Shown one piece after another: positions 10,265-20,158 of a DNA stretch of 64,000 bases. A program made the position numbers and the translations under genes. Origin of the DNA: Candidatus Zixiibacteriota bacterium (GTDB lineage Bacteria > Zixibacteria > MSB-5A5 > UM-FILTER-46-8); NCBI GenBank assembly GCA_026983835.1, contig JALSTH010000033.1:1213-65212 (forward strand), written 5' to 3'. Position 1 is the first letter of the stretch. Each line of letters opens with the position of its first letter. The notes under the pieces were generated by a model. It was not told where the DNA came from, searched no databases, and saw only the letters and a list, made by a program, of their open reading frames with translations.

Positions 10265-10456
10265 ATTACGATTTGTCGGCTATCGGCTAAATTGAAATTA
10301 AGAGCTAAACTACTAATAGGAACCTTTTATATCCTGCATAGTTTAATCGAATATAACGCTTGCGCTAAATTGCATTTTAGATTATAATTTTAAATTGTAG
10401 AAATATATATTTGAGCTTTAGGTTTTTTCGTTAATGAAAAAATAGCGGTATCTGAA

Positions 10457-11446
10457 ATGTCTGATATGAATTATGCAGAAATAGTCGGGACGGGTCATTC
10501 TGTTCCCGAAAGGATATTAACCAATTTCGATTTGGAAAAAATAGTCGATACTTCCGACGAATGGATAGTTACCCGAACAGGGATTAGGGAACGTCATATT
10601 GCGGATAAGGATACGACCGCATCCACTTTGGGAACCGAGGCGGCGACACAAGCTTTGGAAAAGGCGGGAATGGGCGCCGAGGATTTGGATTTGATATTGG
10701 TTGCTACCGTAACTCCCGATATGCCTTTTCCATCAACCGCGGCGATTATTCAAAAGAAGATAAATGCTTCCAAAAGCGCGGTGATGGATATTTCCGCCGG
10801 TTGTACAGGATTTATCTATGGGCTTTCCATAGCGGATTCGTATATCAAGACCGGAATATTCAAAAATATATTGGTTATCGGAGTTGAGGTCCTTACTAAA
10901 ATAACCGATTGGACGGACCGTTCCACCTGTGTGTTATTCGGTGATGGGGCCGGTGCGGTTGTGCTTCGGGCGACAAAAGAGCGAAAAGGAGTTTTGGGAA
11001 CATATATAAAAGGGGACGGCAGATTAGGTGAACTTCTGATGATGCCCGGCGGCGGTTCCCGAAATCCGGCTTCGGAGGAAACGGTTGCTCATAGATTGCA
11101 TTACCTTAAAATGAGCGGGAATGAGGTTTTCAGGTTTGCGGTTCAAGCTATGGGGGATGCATCGCGGGCTATATTGGAAACTACCGGATTAAAACCTGAA
11201 GATATCGGGATGTTGGTCCCTCATCAAGCCAATCTCCGCATAATAAACGCTACTGCCAAAAGGTTAGGCCTTCCCCCCGAGAAGGTTTACATTAACATCG
11301 ACAGATACGGCAATACCTCTTCGGCATCGATACCGATAGCCCTTGATGAAATACGAAGCAATGGAAATTACAAGAAAGCAAGCCCGTTGTTATTAGTGGC
11401 TTTTGGCGCGGGATTTACTTGGGGCAGCGCAGCTATTTCTTGGTAA
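10457..11446 (+). CDS. fabH: 3-oxoacyl-ACP synthase III (KAS III), copy 1
   Basis: Active-site Cys box (DISAGCTGFIYGL), HQANLRII, and the C-terminal GFGAGFTWGSAAISW. Confidence 0.9.
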   Translation: MSDMNYAEIVGTGHSVPERILTNFDLEKIVDTSDEWIVTRTGIRERHIADKDTTASTLGTEAATQALEKAGMGAEDLDLILVATVTPDMPFPSTAAIIQKKINASKSAVMDISAGCTGFIYGLSIADSYIKTGIFKNILVIGVEVLTKITDWTDRSTCVLFGDGAGAVVLRATKERKGVLGTYIKGDGRLGELLMMPGGGSRNPASEETVAHRLHYLKMSGNEVFRFAVQAMGDASRAILETTGLKPEDIGMLVPHQANLRIINATAKRLGLPPEKVYINIDRYGNTSSASIPIALDEIRSNGNYKKASPLLLVAFGAGFTWGSAAISW

Positions 11447-11508
11447 ATATGAATATATTAAACTATATATAAATCACCTTTTTCATTTTTTGCCTCCATG
11501 AAGAAGAG

Positions 11509-11544
11509 CTTTCCCTTCACCCGTTGAAGGGGAAGCCTTTTTAT
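11509..11544 (+). terminator. Rho-independent terminator after fabH(1)
   Basis: Hairpin gc-ttcccttca-cccgt-tgaaggggaa-gc followed by CTTTTTAT. Confidence 0.6.
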
Positions 11545-11672
11545 AAGCGGGCTTTGGAGTTAAAAATGTCTTGCAAATCGTTATTCAAAAGGGTTAAAAT
11601 TCTTAATAAATTTCTTGTGAACAGCTATGTGTCTGTAAATTTGATATCTTTGATAATATTCGGAGTGATAAA

Positions 11673-12959
11673 TTGAGGATTTTAGTAGTAGGAAGCGGAG
11701 GACGAGAACACGCACTTATTTGGAAGTTATCCAAATCGGAAATAGTGGATAAGCTCTACGCTGCTCCAGGGAATGCCGGAATAGCGGGGCTTTGTAAATG
11801 TATCGATATCGCTGTCGATGACCTTGAAGGCTTGGCGGGCTTTGCGGAATCCAATAATATTGATTTAACTGTAGTGGGTCCCGAATTTCCTTTGACTCTG
11901 GGAATTGTCGATCTTTTTGAAAGCCGTGGTTTGCGGATATTCGGACCCAATAAAGCCGCCTCGGAGATAGAAGGTTCCAAGGCGTTCGCCAAAGAGTTTA
12001 TGAAAAAATATCATATTCCCACCGCGGGATTCAAGATATTCAATAATTATGATGATGCGGTTAAATTTGTCTCCGAGAATGATGTCCCATTGGCAATAAA
12101 GGCGGATGGTTTAGCTGGGGGAAAAGGATCTATTATCTGTATAAACTCTGAGGAATCGCTTCAAGCCCTTAATAATTTAATGATAAAGAGAGTTTTTGGA
12201 ACCGCCGGCAGTAGGGTTGTCATAGAGGATATTTTGGATGGAGAAGAGATAACGGTGATGGCATTTACCGACGGGGAGACTATTGTTCCTATGGTTTCAG
12301 CTCAGGATCATAAACGGATTTACGACGGCGGTTTGGGACCGAACACCGGCGGTATGGGAGCATTTGCCCCTACAAAGGTTGCTAACGATCGTATGATGAA
12401 GGCTATTGTTGAGCAGGTTCTCGAACCTGCCATCGAAGGATTGCGTCAGGAGAATAGGATGTTTAAGGGAATACTTTACGCCGGGTTGATGATTACCGAA
12501 ATCGGACCGAAGGTTATCGAATTCAATTGTCGGTTCGGAGATCCGGAAACTCAGGCAGTCCTCCCGCTTTTGAAGAACGATTTGGCGGAGATCTTTGTCA
12601 GTATTTTGGATGGGGAACTCGATTTAGAGGATATCTCGTGGAAAGATGAATCGGCGGTTTGTGTTATATTGGCTTCGGAGGGTTATCCCGAAAAGCCCAT
12701 AACCGGGAGGGTTATTGATGGTGTGAAAGAGGCACGGAAAGATAATGTCCATATTTTCCATTCCGGGACTGTCCGTGACAGCCAAGGGCGTTTGATTACA
12801 AGCGGCGGCCGTGTATTGGGTATAACAGCCACCCATCGCGAATTACATAAAGCTATCAATCGGGCATATACGGCTATAGAAAAAATATCCTTTGATGGTA
12901 TGCAATATCGTAAGGACATAGGGCATATAGTCAGTGGGGTAAAAAGTTCATTTTTTTAA
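11673..12959 (+). CDS. purD: Phosphoribosylamine--glycine ligase
   Basis: MRILVVGSGGREHAL start and an ATP-grasp core; it is full length at 428 aa. Confidence 0.95.
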   Translation: MRILVVGSGGREHALIWKLSKSEIVDKLYAAPGNAGIAGLCKCIDIAVDDLEGLAGFAESNNIDLTVVGPEFPLTLGIVDLFESRGLRIFGPNKAASEIEGSKAFAKEFMKKYHIPTAGFKIFNNYDDAVKFVSENDVPLAIKADGLAGGKGSIICINSEESLQALNNLMIKRVFGTAGSRVVIEDILDGEEITVMAFTDGETIVPMVSAQDHKRIYDGGLGPNTGGMGAFAPTKVANDRMMKAIVEQVLEPAIEGLRQENRMFKGILYAGLMITEIGPKVIEFNCRFGDPETQAVLPLLKNDLAEIFVSILDGELDLEDISWKDESAVCVILASEGYPEKPITGRVIDGVKEARKDNVHIFHSGTVRDSQGRLITSGGRVLGITATHRELHKAINRAYTAIEKISFDGMQYRKDIGHIVSGVKSSFF

Positions 12960-12982
12960 ATTGAAAATAAAATGGTTTTGAA

Positions 12983-13441
12983 ATGGCGGATGTATTGATC
13001 GTTTTAGGGAGTAAATCGGATTCCGAATATGCTGAAATTACTTCAGAAATACTTGGAGAATTCGGGGTAAGTTATGATATGGAAATATCATCTGCGCACC
13101 GTCGCCCAGAAAAAACGCGCCGATTATCCATATCGGCTGAAAAATCGGGGTATAAGATAATAATAGCGATGGCGGGCTATTCGGCGGCGCTGCCTGGGTT
13201 AATAGCTTCCCATACACTGCTACCGGTGATAGGCGTACCGTTGCCCGCTTCGGATTTGAAAGGAATCGATTCCGCGTTGTCAATACTTCAGATGCCCGGT
13301 GGTGTCCCCGTTTGCGCAATGGGAATCGGAAATACCGGCGCTAAAAATGCGGCGCTTTTGGCGGTTAGGATTTTATCCCTGAATGATGAGATGATTAAGG
13401 AAAGGCTATCAGCTTATCAAAGGAAGCTCGCAAAGGATTGA
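12983..13441 (+). CDS. purE: N5-carboxyaminoimidazole ribonucleotide mutase
   Basis: VLIVLGSKSDSEY and GYKIIIAMAGYSAALPGL(I)AS motifs; about 150 aa. Confidence 0.9.
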   Translation: MADVLIVLGSKSDSEYAEITSEILGEFGVSYDMEISSAHRRPEKTRRLSISAEKSGYKIIIAMAGYSAALPGLIASHTLLPVIGVPLPASDLKGIDSALSILQMPGGVPVCAMGIGNTGAKNAALLAVRILSLNDEMIKERLSAYQRKLAKD

Positions 13442-14739
13442 GAATGAAAAAGGGATTGATTATAGTATTTGAGGACGAGGATTACAATCGGTTTTATCCG
13501 CTTACTTTAAGTCGTCCGATTTTTCATCTCCTCGTCGGAGCGAAGACAAATATCCAAAGGATCGAGCACTTTTTCCGCGATTCTACTGTTGTAAGTATAT
13601 GTCGGTCTCCTCAATTGGGATCGGTTTTCGGTTGTGCGAGCAGGGATGATGTTTATCAATTAGTCGATAACGGAATCGGCAAAATAATGCTAATCAACGG
13701 AAGTGTCGTGCTTACATCGGAAAACTCCGGGTTCGTGGAGGAGCTTAAAGGTTTGGATGATTTTACCGCCTTCGAGCGGGACAATAAATTAATCGCCTCC
13801 GTAATTCCGACAGATAAATTAAGCTCGATTGCCGATGTCATATTCCATTTGTACGAAGAGGGGCAATCGCGGAGATTTATAGAAGAATCCCCAAAAACGC
13901 GAAAAGTTGAAATAAGGAAATTATCATATATATGGGACACAATCCTTTCAAGTTCAGAGTTGATTGCAATCGATTTTAACGATTATTATAAATCGAAAGC
14001 CGACAATTCGATAGTCGGCGATTCTTATACTTATACCAGCGGCGGGGTCTATTTTTCCGAATCCGTGAGAGCTGACGCCTGCTCGGTAATTGACTCTCGG
14101 AACGGTCCTGTAATTATGGAAGCGGGAGTGAAAATCAGTCCGTTTTGCTATTTGGAAGGTCCCGCTTTTATCGGTAGGAACAGCCATTTGGTCGGGGGGA
14201 AGATTACGGGAGGATGCTCGCTCGGGGAGGGGTGTCGTGTCGGCGGCGAGGTCGAGAATACTATTATGATTGCAAACAGTAATAAATACCACGAGGGGTT
14301 CTTGGGGCATTCTTACATCGGTGAATGGGTTAATTTGGGGGCTTTAACCACAAATTCGGATTTGAAAAATAACTATTCCCCAATAAATATCAAGCAGAAC
14401 GGGAAAATCGAAAAGACCGGGGAGATTAAGGTTGGATGTTTTATCGGGGATCATAGTAAAACCGGAATAGGGATGACCCTTAATACTGGAACCATTATCG
14501 GTTTTTCGAGTAATTTATTCGGCGGCAATTTGATTTTGGAAAAGGAAATCCCAAGTTTCGCCTGGGGAAACGATTCTCTTCGTAGGGAATATTCGCTATC
14601 AAAGGCTATGGAAACCGCAGATATTGTTCTTAAAAGGCGGGAGCATCAATTTACCAACGAACATCGGTTGTTGTTTGAACATATACATAAGGAGACGAAA
14701 GAATTACGGGATTCGTGGCTACAAGGGAAAAAGCATTAA
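13438..14739 (+). CDS. GlgC/GlgD-family sugar-nucleotidyltransferase-like protein with a degenerate Gly-rich loop and a C-terminal left-handed beta-helix. It is probably non-catalytic. The track start is TTG; an ATG at 13444 is more likely.
   Basis: The N-terminus LIIVFEDEDYNRFYPLTLSRP aligns to the GlgC motif ILAGGxGxRLxPLTxxRP, but FEDED replaces AGGxG. The C-terminus carries hexapeptide repeats (GPAFIGRNSHLVGGKITGGCSLGEGCRVGGEV...). Confidence 0.5.
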   Translation: MRMKKGLIIVFEDEDYNRFYPLTLSRPIFHLLVGAKTNIQRIEHFFRDSTVVSICRSPQLGSVFGCASRDDVYQLVDNGIGKIMLINGSVVLTSENSGFVEELKGLDDFTAFERDNKLIASVIPTDKLSSIADVIFHLYEEGQSRRFIEESPKTRKVEIRKLSYIWDTILSSSELIAIDFNDYYKSKADNSIVGDSYTYTSGGVYFSESVRADACSVIDSRNGPVIMEAGVKISPFCYLEGPAFIGRNSHLVGGKITGGCSLGEGCRVGGEVENTIMIANSNKYHEGFLGHSYIGEWVNLGALTTNSDLKNNYSPINIKQNGKIEKTGEIKVGCFIGDHSKTGIGMTLNTGTIIGFSSNLFGGNLILEKEIPSFAWGNDSLRREYSLSKAMETADIVLKRREHQFTNEHRLLFEHIHKETKELRDSWLQGKKH

Positions 14740-14872
14740 AATATAATTATATTGAAATTATGAGAGTTAAAATTATTTTGAAAGCTCGTTGTCTTTTAGC
14801 CGATATATTAAATTGTATAAGGGTGACACAAAAAAGAAACTTTATCATTATGATAACGCAAGAGGAGGAATA

Positions 14873-15910
14873 ATGCCGGAGCTTAGAAAAGACCCCATCA
14901 TAGGACGGTGGGTTATAATTTCCACCGAGAGAGGCAAAAGACCCTCTGATTTTGGAATAACGATGGAGAAAAAAGGCTCCAAACTTTGCCCGTTTTGCCC
15001 GGGTAATGAATCCGCCACTCCGCCTGAAATTATTGCCTTCAGGCCTGATAACACCAAGCCGAACACTCCCGGATGGGCTTTGAGAGTCATATCCAATAAG
15101 TTCCCGGCGTTAAAGATAGAGGGCGATTTGAATCGTGTGGGAATAGGTATTTTCGATAAGATGAATGGTATTGGGGCGCACGAAGTTATAATTGAAACTC
15201 CGGATCATTTCAAGGATTTCGCTGATTTCGATAATGAGAAGGCGCTGAATATAATCTGGGCTTATAGAATGAGGATTTTGGACCTTAAAAAGGACCCCCG
15301 CTTCAAGTATATTATAGTTTTCAAAAACCATGGGCAGGCGGCCGGAGCGAGTTTGGAGCATTCTCATAGCCAGCTAATCGCTACTCCGATTGTTCCTAAA
15401 CGGGTAGCCGAAGAATTGGAGGGGGCTCTTAAATATTATCAATATAAAGAACGTTGTATATTTTGTGATATTATACGGCAGGAGATGGGAGATGGAGAAA
15501 GGGTTGTCTCGCGAAATGATAATTTTATAGCTTTGGAACCTTTTGCTCCTCGCCTGCCTTTTGAAACCTGGATTTTACCTACCAAGCATTATAGCGCTTT
15601 GGAGGATATAGCGGAGAAGGAACTCCCTGATTTAGCGTCGATTTTGAGGGAAACCTTAAAAAGGCTGTCTTTGTCTCTTAATAACCCGCCATATAATTTT
15701 ATCCTCCATAGCCGTCCAGTCGAGGAGGAAGGAAAAATATATTATCATTGGCACATAGAGATAATGCCGAAATTAACCAAAGTCGCCGGATTCGAATGGG
15801 GAACCGGTTTTTATATCAATCCCACTACCCCTGAAGATGCGGCGAAATATTTAAGGGAGATAAAATTGGATGTTGTCGAGAATAATGTTGTCCAGCAGCA
15901 AACTCATTAG
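14873..15910 (+). CDS. GalT-family HIT enzyme (galactose-1-phosphate uridylyltransferase or a nucleotide-sugar phosphorylase). The ATG at 14873 is the likely start, with a GGAGG RBS; the track ORF begins at 14789.
   Basis: Zn-binding CPFCPGNE and the HIT-like H-x-H-x-Q box (ASLEHSHSQLIATP), with a duplicated half-barrel. Confidence 0.75.
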   Translation: MPELRKDPIIGRWVIISTERGKRPSDFGITMEKKGSKLCPFCPGNESATPPEIIAFRPDNTKPNTPGWALRVISNKFPALKIEGDLNRVGIGIFDKMNGIGAHEVIIETPDHFKDFADFDNEKALNIIWAYRMRILDLKKDPRFKYIIVFKNHGQAAGASLEHSHSQLIATPIVPKRVAEELEGALKYYQYKERCIFCDIIRQEMGDGERVVSRNDNFIALEPFAPRLPFETWILPTKHYSALEDIAEKELPDLASILRETLKRLSLSLNNPPYNFILHSRPVEEEGKIYYHWHIEIMPKLTKVAGFEWGTGFYINPTTPEDAAKYLREIKLDVVENNVVQQQTH

Positions 15911-15929
15911 TTTTATCAAGGAGGAATAA

Positions 15930-17432
15930 ATGAACAGGAAATATAATGTATTATTCATCTCGCCGGAAGTGGTGCCATTCGCCAAAACCGGCGGTTTGGC
16001 TGATGTCGCCGGCGCCTTGCCAAAGGCATTGGCTAAAAAAGGGCATAATGTGAAAGTTATAATGCCCAAATATCGGGTGGTGGACGAGTCCAAATTTGGA
16101 TTGCGGAACAAACTAAGCGGATTGTCTGTGGAAACTGCGGATAGGCGCATTGGTTATGACATTAAACATACCGTTGATGAAAAATCGAGTGTGGAATATC
16201 TTTTCGTAGATTGCCCACAATTCTTCGATAGGGATTCGCTGTATATCGATCCGTCCGCCGGAACCGATTGGGCGGATAACGATGAGCGGTTTATAATGTT
16301 TTCGAAAGCAGCGATTGAGACGGCTAAGTTGTTGGGATTCAAGCCGGATATTGTTCATTGCAACGATTGGCAATCGGCATTGGTTATCGCTTATTTGAAA
16401 ACTATCTATGCCTATGATGAATTTTTCATCGATACTAAAACCTTATTCTCCATTCATAACCTCGCTTATCAGGGGAATTTCCCCGCGGAGCATTTCAAAA
16501 AGTTAGGATTGGGGTATGAGTATTTCTATCCCGCTTCGCCCTTTGAATTTTGGGGGAAGGTTTCCTTTATGAAGGCGGGAATCTATTTCGCTGATGCTAT
16601 CAACACGGTATCGAAAACTTACGCCGAAGAGATACAATCAAGCCCGGAGTACGGCTATGGTATGGAAGGGCTTTTACGAGAACGATCGAAGGATCTATAT
16701 GGGATTGTAAACGGAATCGATTATGATGTTTGGAATCCCGAAGTGGATGAGCTTATCCCACATAAATACTCCATTGGAAATCTCGAGGGTAAAAAACTGA
16801 ATAAGAAAGCTTTGTTGGAAAAAGCCGGGCTAACCGTAACCAAGAAAGATATCCCGCTAATCGGTATTATCAGCAGGCTTGCCGATCAAAAGGGTTTTGA
16901 TTTAATAGCTCAAATAAGCAAGGATTTACTTTCTCTCAATCTTAAAATTGTCCTTTTGGGAACCGGTGAGAAGAAATACCACGATATGTTTACCGCCCTG
17001 AAGAAAAAGCACCCGCGAAAGTTATCGGTAAACCTTACTTTCGACAATGCCTTGGCGCATTTAATCGAAGCCGGGTCGGATATGTTCCTTATGCCCTCCC
17101 GTTATGAACCCTGCGGCTTGAATCAATTATACAGCCTAAAATATGGGACAATCCCGATCGTCAGGAAAACCGGCGGGTTGGCTGATACCATTATAGATTA
17201 TAACGAGAGTGATGGTTATGGGACGGGATTTGTATTTAAAAACTATGACGCATACGAGCTGTTGGATATGATAAAGAAGGCGTTGGCGGTTTATCGCAAA
17301 AAGAAAGAATGGTCGAAGCTACAGGAAAACGCAATGTCGATGGATTTCTCTTGGGATCGGTCCGCGGAGCATTATGTCGAACTTTACGCCAAGACGGTAA
17401 ACAGCAAATCGGAGAAGCTTCAGGAAGCTTGA
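15930..17432 (+). CDS. glgA: Glycogen/starch synthase (GT5)
   Basis: The N-terminus VLFISPEVVPFAKTGGLADVAGALPKAL is the hallmark KTGGL motif; about 500 aa. Confidence 0.9.
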   Translation: MNRKYNVLFISPEVVPFAKTGGLADVAGALPKALAKKGHNVKVIMPKYRVVDESKFGLRNKLSGLSVETADRRIGYDIKHTVDEKSSVEYLFVDCPQFFDRDSLYIDPSAGTDWADNDERFIMFSKAAIETAKLLGFKPDIVHCNDWQSALVIAYLKTIYAYDEFFIDTKTLFSIHNLAYQGNFPAEHFKKLGLGYEYFYPASPFEFWGKVSFMKAGIYFADAINTVSKTYAEEIQSSPEYGYGMEGLLRERSKDLYGIVNGIDYDVWNPEVDELIPHKYSIGNLEGKKLNKKALLEKAGLTVTKKDIPLIGIISRLADQKGFDLIAQISKDLLSLNLKIVLLGTGEKKYHDMFTALKKKHPRKLSVNLTFDNALAHLIEAGSDMFLMPSRYEPCGLNQLYSLKYGTIPIVRKTGGLADTIIDYNESDGYGTGFVFKNYDAYELLDMIKKALAVYRKKKEWSKLQENAMSMDFSWDRSAEHYVELYAKTVNSKSEKLQEA

Positions 17433-17458
17433 TAGATTTAATTGGGAGTTAATATTGT

Positions 17459-17499
17459 CAGCCGACTGATGTGCTTTCGCTAACGCTTATCAGTCGGCT
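17459..17499 (+). terminator. Stem-loop after glgA, possibly a weak terminator. It overlaps the annotated N-terminal extension of the next ORF.
   Basis: An 11-bp perfect stem agccgactgat / atcagtcggct with an 18-nt loop; the U-tract is weak. Confidence 0.3.
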
Positions 17500-17518
17500 A
17501 ATCTTTACATCGATTAAA

Positions 17519-19141
17519 ATGGGAAATAAACAAATTCAAATCACAAAAGATCCATTGGATAACTTGATTCTCCTCTCGGATTTTTTATTGGCGGCTTTGG
17601 CGGCGCTAATTTATTTCTGGGGCGATGATATAGGCGGATATTGTTTTTCCCCACCGTTATGCAGTGCGATTATTCTCGTCAATCTCTCAAGAACAATATC
17701 GATATTACCATTTCATTTTAAGGGGAAGGTGGGCTCAAATGCCATATTGGTTAATTTTGCCGCTTCCAATATCATCTTTATAAATTTCTTGGAATTCGTT
17801 ATCCCAAACCATCAAATTTATTTTGAGCCGTTCTACTTTTTATTGATAGTTTTTACTACTTATAGATGGAAGCCGAAGAAGGTCTTATACAATACTTTAC
17901 TGATTTCTTTCGCTCTGTTTCTATCCTATTTGCCGAGCAAAGGTTTCCATTCCCTAATAAGCTTTACTATTCAGTTTTTGTTTATTTGGCTGTTTTATTT
18001 GTTTATTAAATCGATGTTGGAAAGATTCCGTTCTTCTCAAGCCAAATTGATGGAATCGATGGACAGCTTGAACAAACGCACCTGGGAATTGGAGATGGCG
18101 CAAGCTGAAACGGAAATGATTTATAACACCGTCGCCGATATAGCCGGCACCCTTAATTTCAAGGAAGTCGTGGAGAAAATAATTAGGATAGCCACCCATC
18201 TGCTTGGAGCGAAAACCTGTAAAGTATGCCGCTTATTGCCTGATGGTTTGTATGTCAATATAGTGGGCGAAGGGAACAGAAAAACGCTTGAGGTTTACGA
18301 TAAAGTAAAAAAGATTTCCTTGACTGAATTGCTTCGGGATTTCGAAGGTAATGAGATGGTTACATCAACGATGGCTATTAGCACTCTACGGAAAGGAATA
18401 ATACTTAATGGTAATCGATCTCAGGCGATAATCCCTCTTATTGTTCGAGAGAAATTTATAGGTTTGATTATTCTGGAGAGTGTCGAAGCTTCGGGATTCC
18501 CTGCGGAAGAGAAGCGTGAATTCACAATTTTGGGACCAGCTGCCTCGATGGCTATGGATAACGCCATATTACTCCAAAAGGCGGAGGAGATGGCTACGGT
18601 GGACGAGCTTACCGGGATGTATAATTTCCGCTATTTCAGAGAGAAACTCCAATCCGAAGTTCAGAGAGCTATCCGTTATGATTTGGAGCTTACGATTTTG
18701 ATTATTGATATTGACTTCTTCAAAAAGGTTAATGACACTTATGGCCATCAAGCGGGGAATATGCTCCTGCAACAATTGTCCGGACTTTTAAGAAGATGCG
18801 TTCGGGATGTGGATATTCTCTCAAGATATGGTGGTGAGGAATTTGTAATAATTCTGCCGCAGACAGAATTGGAAGCGGCGGAGGTGGTTGCGGAACGTAT
18901 TCGCAGCGAAGTTGAAAATGCTGTTTTCGAATGCGGCCCCGAGGCGATGGAATTAAAAATTACGGTTTCCATAGGTTTAGGTTGTTTTTCAAAAGAAATC
19001 ATCAAAACGCCCGAAGCCTTGATAGAAGAAGCGGATACGAATCTCTATACTGCTAAAAGGACCGGCCGCAATAAAATTGTCTATAATTGTGCCGATTTCA
19101 ATGCCTGCGCAACCGAGGAATCCCCCGTAAATTATGGCTGA
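17519..19141 (+). CDS. Membrane-anchored GAF-GGDEF diguanylate cyclase. The start is moved to MGNKQ; the track ORF starts at 17471 inside the hairpin.
   Basis: N-terminal multi-TM region, a central GAF-like region, and a C-terminal GGDEF domain with an intact RYGGEEF active site and an I-site-like RxxD. Confidence 0.8.
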   Translation: MGNKQIQITKDPLDNLILLSDFLLAALAALIYFWGDDIGGYCFSPPLCSAIILVNLSRTISILPFHFKGKVGSNAILVNFAASNIIFINFLEFVIPNHQIYFEPFYFLLIVFTTYRWKPKKVLYNTLLISFALFLSYLPSKGFHSLISFTIQFLFIWLFYLFIKSMLERFRSSQAKLMESMDSLNKRTWELEMAQAETEMIYNTVADIAGTLNFKEVVEKIIRIATHLLGAKTCKVCRLLPDGLYVNIVGEGNRKTLEVYDKVKKISLTELLRDFEGNEMVTSTMAISTLRKGIILNGNRSQAIIPLIVREKFIGLIILESVEASGFPAEEKREFTILGPAASMAMDNAILLQKAEEMATVDELTGMYNFRYFREKLQSEVQRAIRYDLELTILIIDIDFFKKVNDTYGHQAGNMLLQQLSGLLRRCVRDVDILSRYGGEEFVIILPQTELEAAEVVAERIRSEVENAVFECGPEAMELKITVSIGLGCFSKEIIKTPEALIEEADTNLYTAKRTGRNKIVYNCADFNACATEESPVNYG

Positions 19142-20135
19142 TCTCTCCTCCGAATTAGGGAAACTTTTTATTTTCGGTTTTGAAGGAAAAACAATCCCCC
19201 CTTATCTTGAATCCTTAATCGAAGAAGGGAATCTCGGGGGGGTGATATTATTTGAACGGAACGGAGAGACGCCCGACGATTTCCGCAGGCTCACCTCCGA
19301 AATAAAAAACGGGACCCCCTCGCAGCCCTTGATTTTTATCGATCAGGAGGGTGGAAGGATAACACGGATAAGGTTCAATTCCGATTATCATAAAAGCGCC
19401 GAGGAGTTGTCCGCATTGGGCGATAAAGACAATTTTCGTCGATCGGCCTCGAAAGTAATTGGCGATCTGAAATCCTGCGGAATAGATGTCAATACGGTCC
19501 CGGTTTTGGATATTCCCTCAAAGGATAACATCCCCGTTTTAAGAGGAAGATGTTATGGCGACAACCCCGAAGATGTCATCCGATATTCCTCAATTCTTAT
19601 GGACGCTTACAATTCGGGAGGTATGCTTTGTTGCGCCAAACATTTTCCCGGCTTGGGTGATGTAAAGGCCGATCCCCATTATGACCTTCCCGTTGACGAT
19701 ACGCCGATTACAAGGTATTATAATTATAAGCTTCTACCCTTTATTGCTGCGATAAAACGCTCGGTGCCGATTATTATGACTACCCATATTTTGTCTAAAG
19801 CGTTAGACGATAAAAATCCCGCAACCCTTTCCACGAAAATCGTGGATGATTTGCTTAAAAAGGAATTGGGATTCGATGGCGCTGTAATGACCGATGATTT
19901 GGAGATGGGGGGTATAACCGAGAATTACAGTTGGGAAGAGATAATAATCGGTGCGATAAGGGCGGGTAATCATTTATTGCTGATATGCCAGAGTAAACAT
20001 CGACAATTGGAAGCGATACGGATATTGAAAGGGACTGTTGAAAGGGATGCGGAAATCCGACATAAAGTAGAGATGGCTATCGAAAAAATTACCGCCCTCA
20101 AGAGGGATTTCTTTATTCGAACTAATGCGGATTAA
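19134..20135 (+). CDS. nagZ: Beta-N-acetylhexosaminidase (GH3, NagZ-like)
   Basis: KHFPGLGDVKADPH and DDLEMGG motifs of GH3. It overlaps the GGDEF gene by 8 nt. Confidence 0.8.
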   Translation: MADLSSELGKLFIFGFEGKTIPPYLESLIEEGNLGGVILFERNGETPDDFRRLTSEIKNGTPSQPLIFIDQEGGRITRIRFNSDYHKSAEELSALGDKDNFRRSASKVIGDLKSCGIDVNTVPVLDIPSKDNIPVLRGRCYGDNPEDVIRYSSILMDAYNSGGMLCCAKHFPGLGDVKADPHYDLPVDDTPITRYYNYKLLPFIAAIKRSVPIIMTTHILSKALDDKNPATLSTKIVDDLLKKELGFDGAVMTDDLEMGGITENYSWEEIIIGAIRAGNHLLLICQSKHRQLEAIRILKGTVERDAEIRHKVEMAIEKITALKRDFFIRTNAD

Positions 20136-20158
20136 GTCGATCTCCCCTACAATCGGAA

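Noticed and set aside
17471-17518. N-terminal extension MLSLTLISRLIFTSIK of the GGDEF ORF
   Set aside because: It is encoded by an 11-bp perfect inverted repeat immediately downstream of glgA. This is more likely an RNA structure than coding sequence, so the start was moved to the ATG at 17519.
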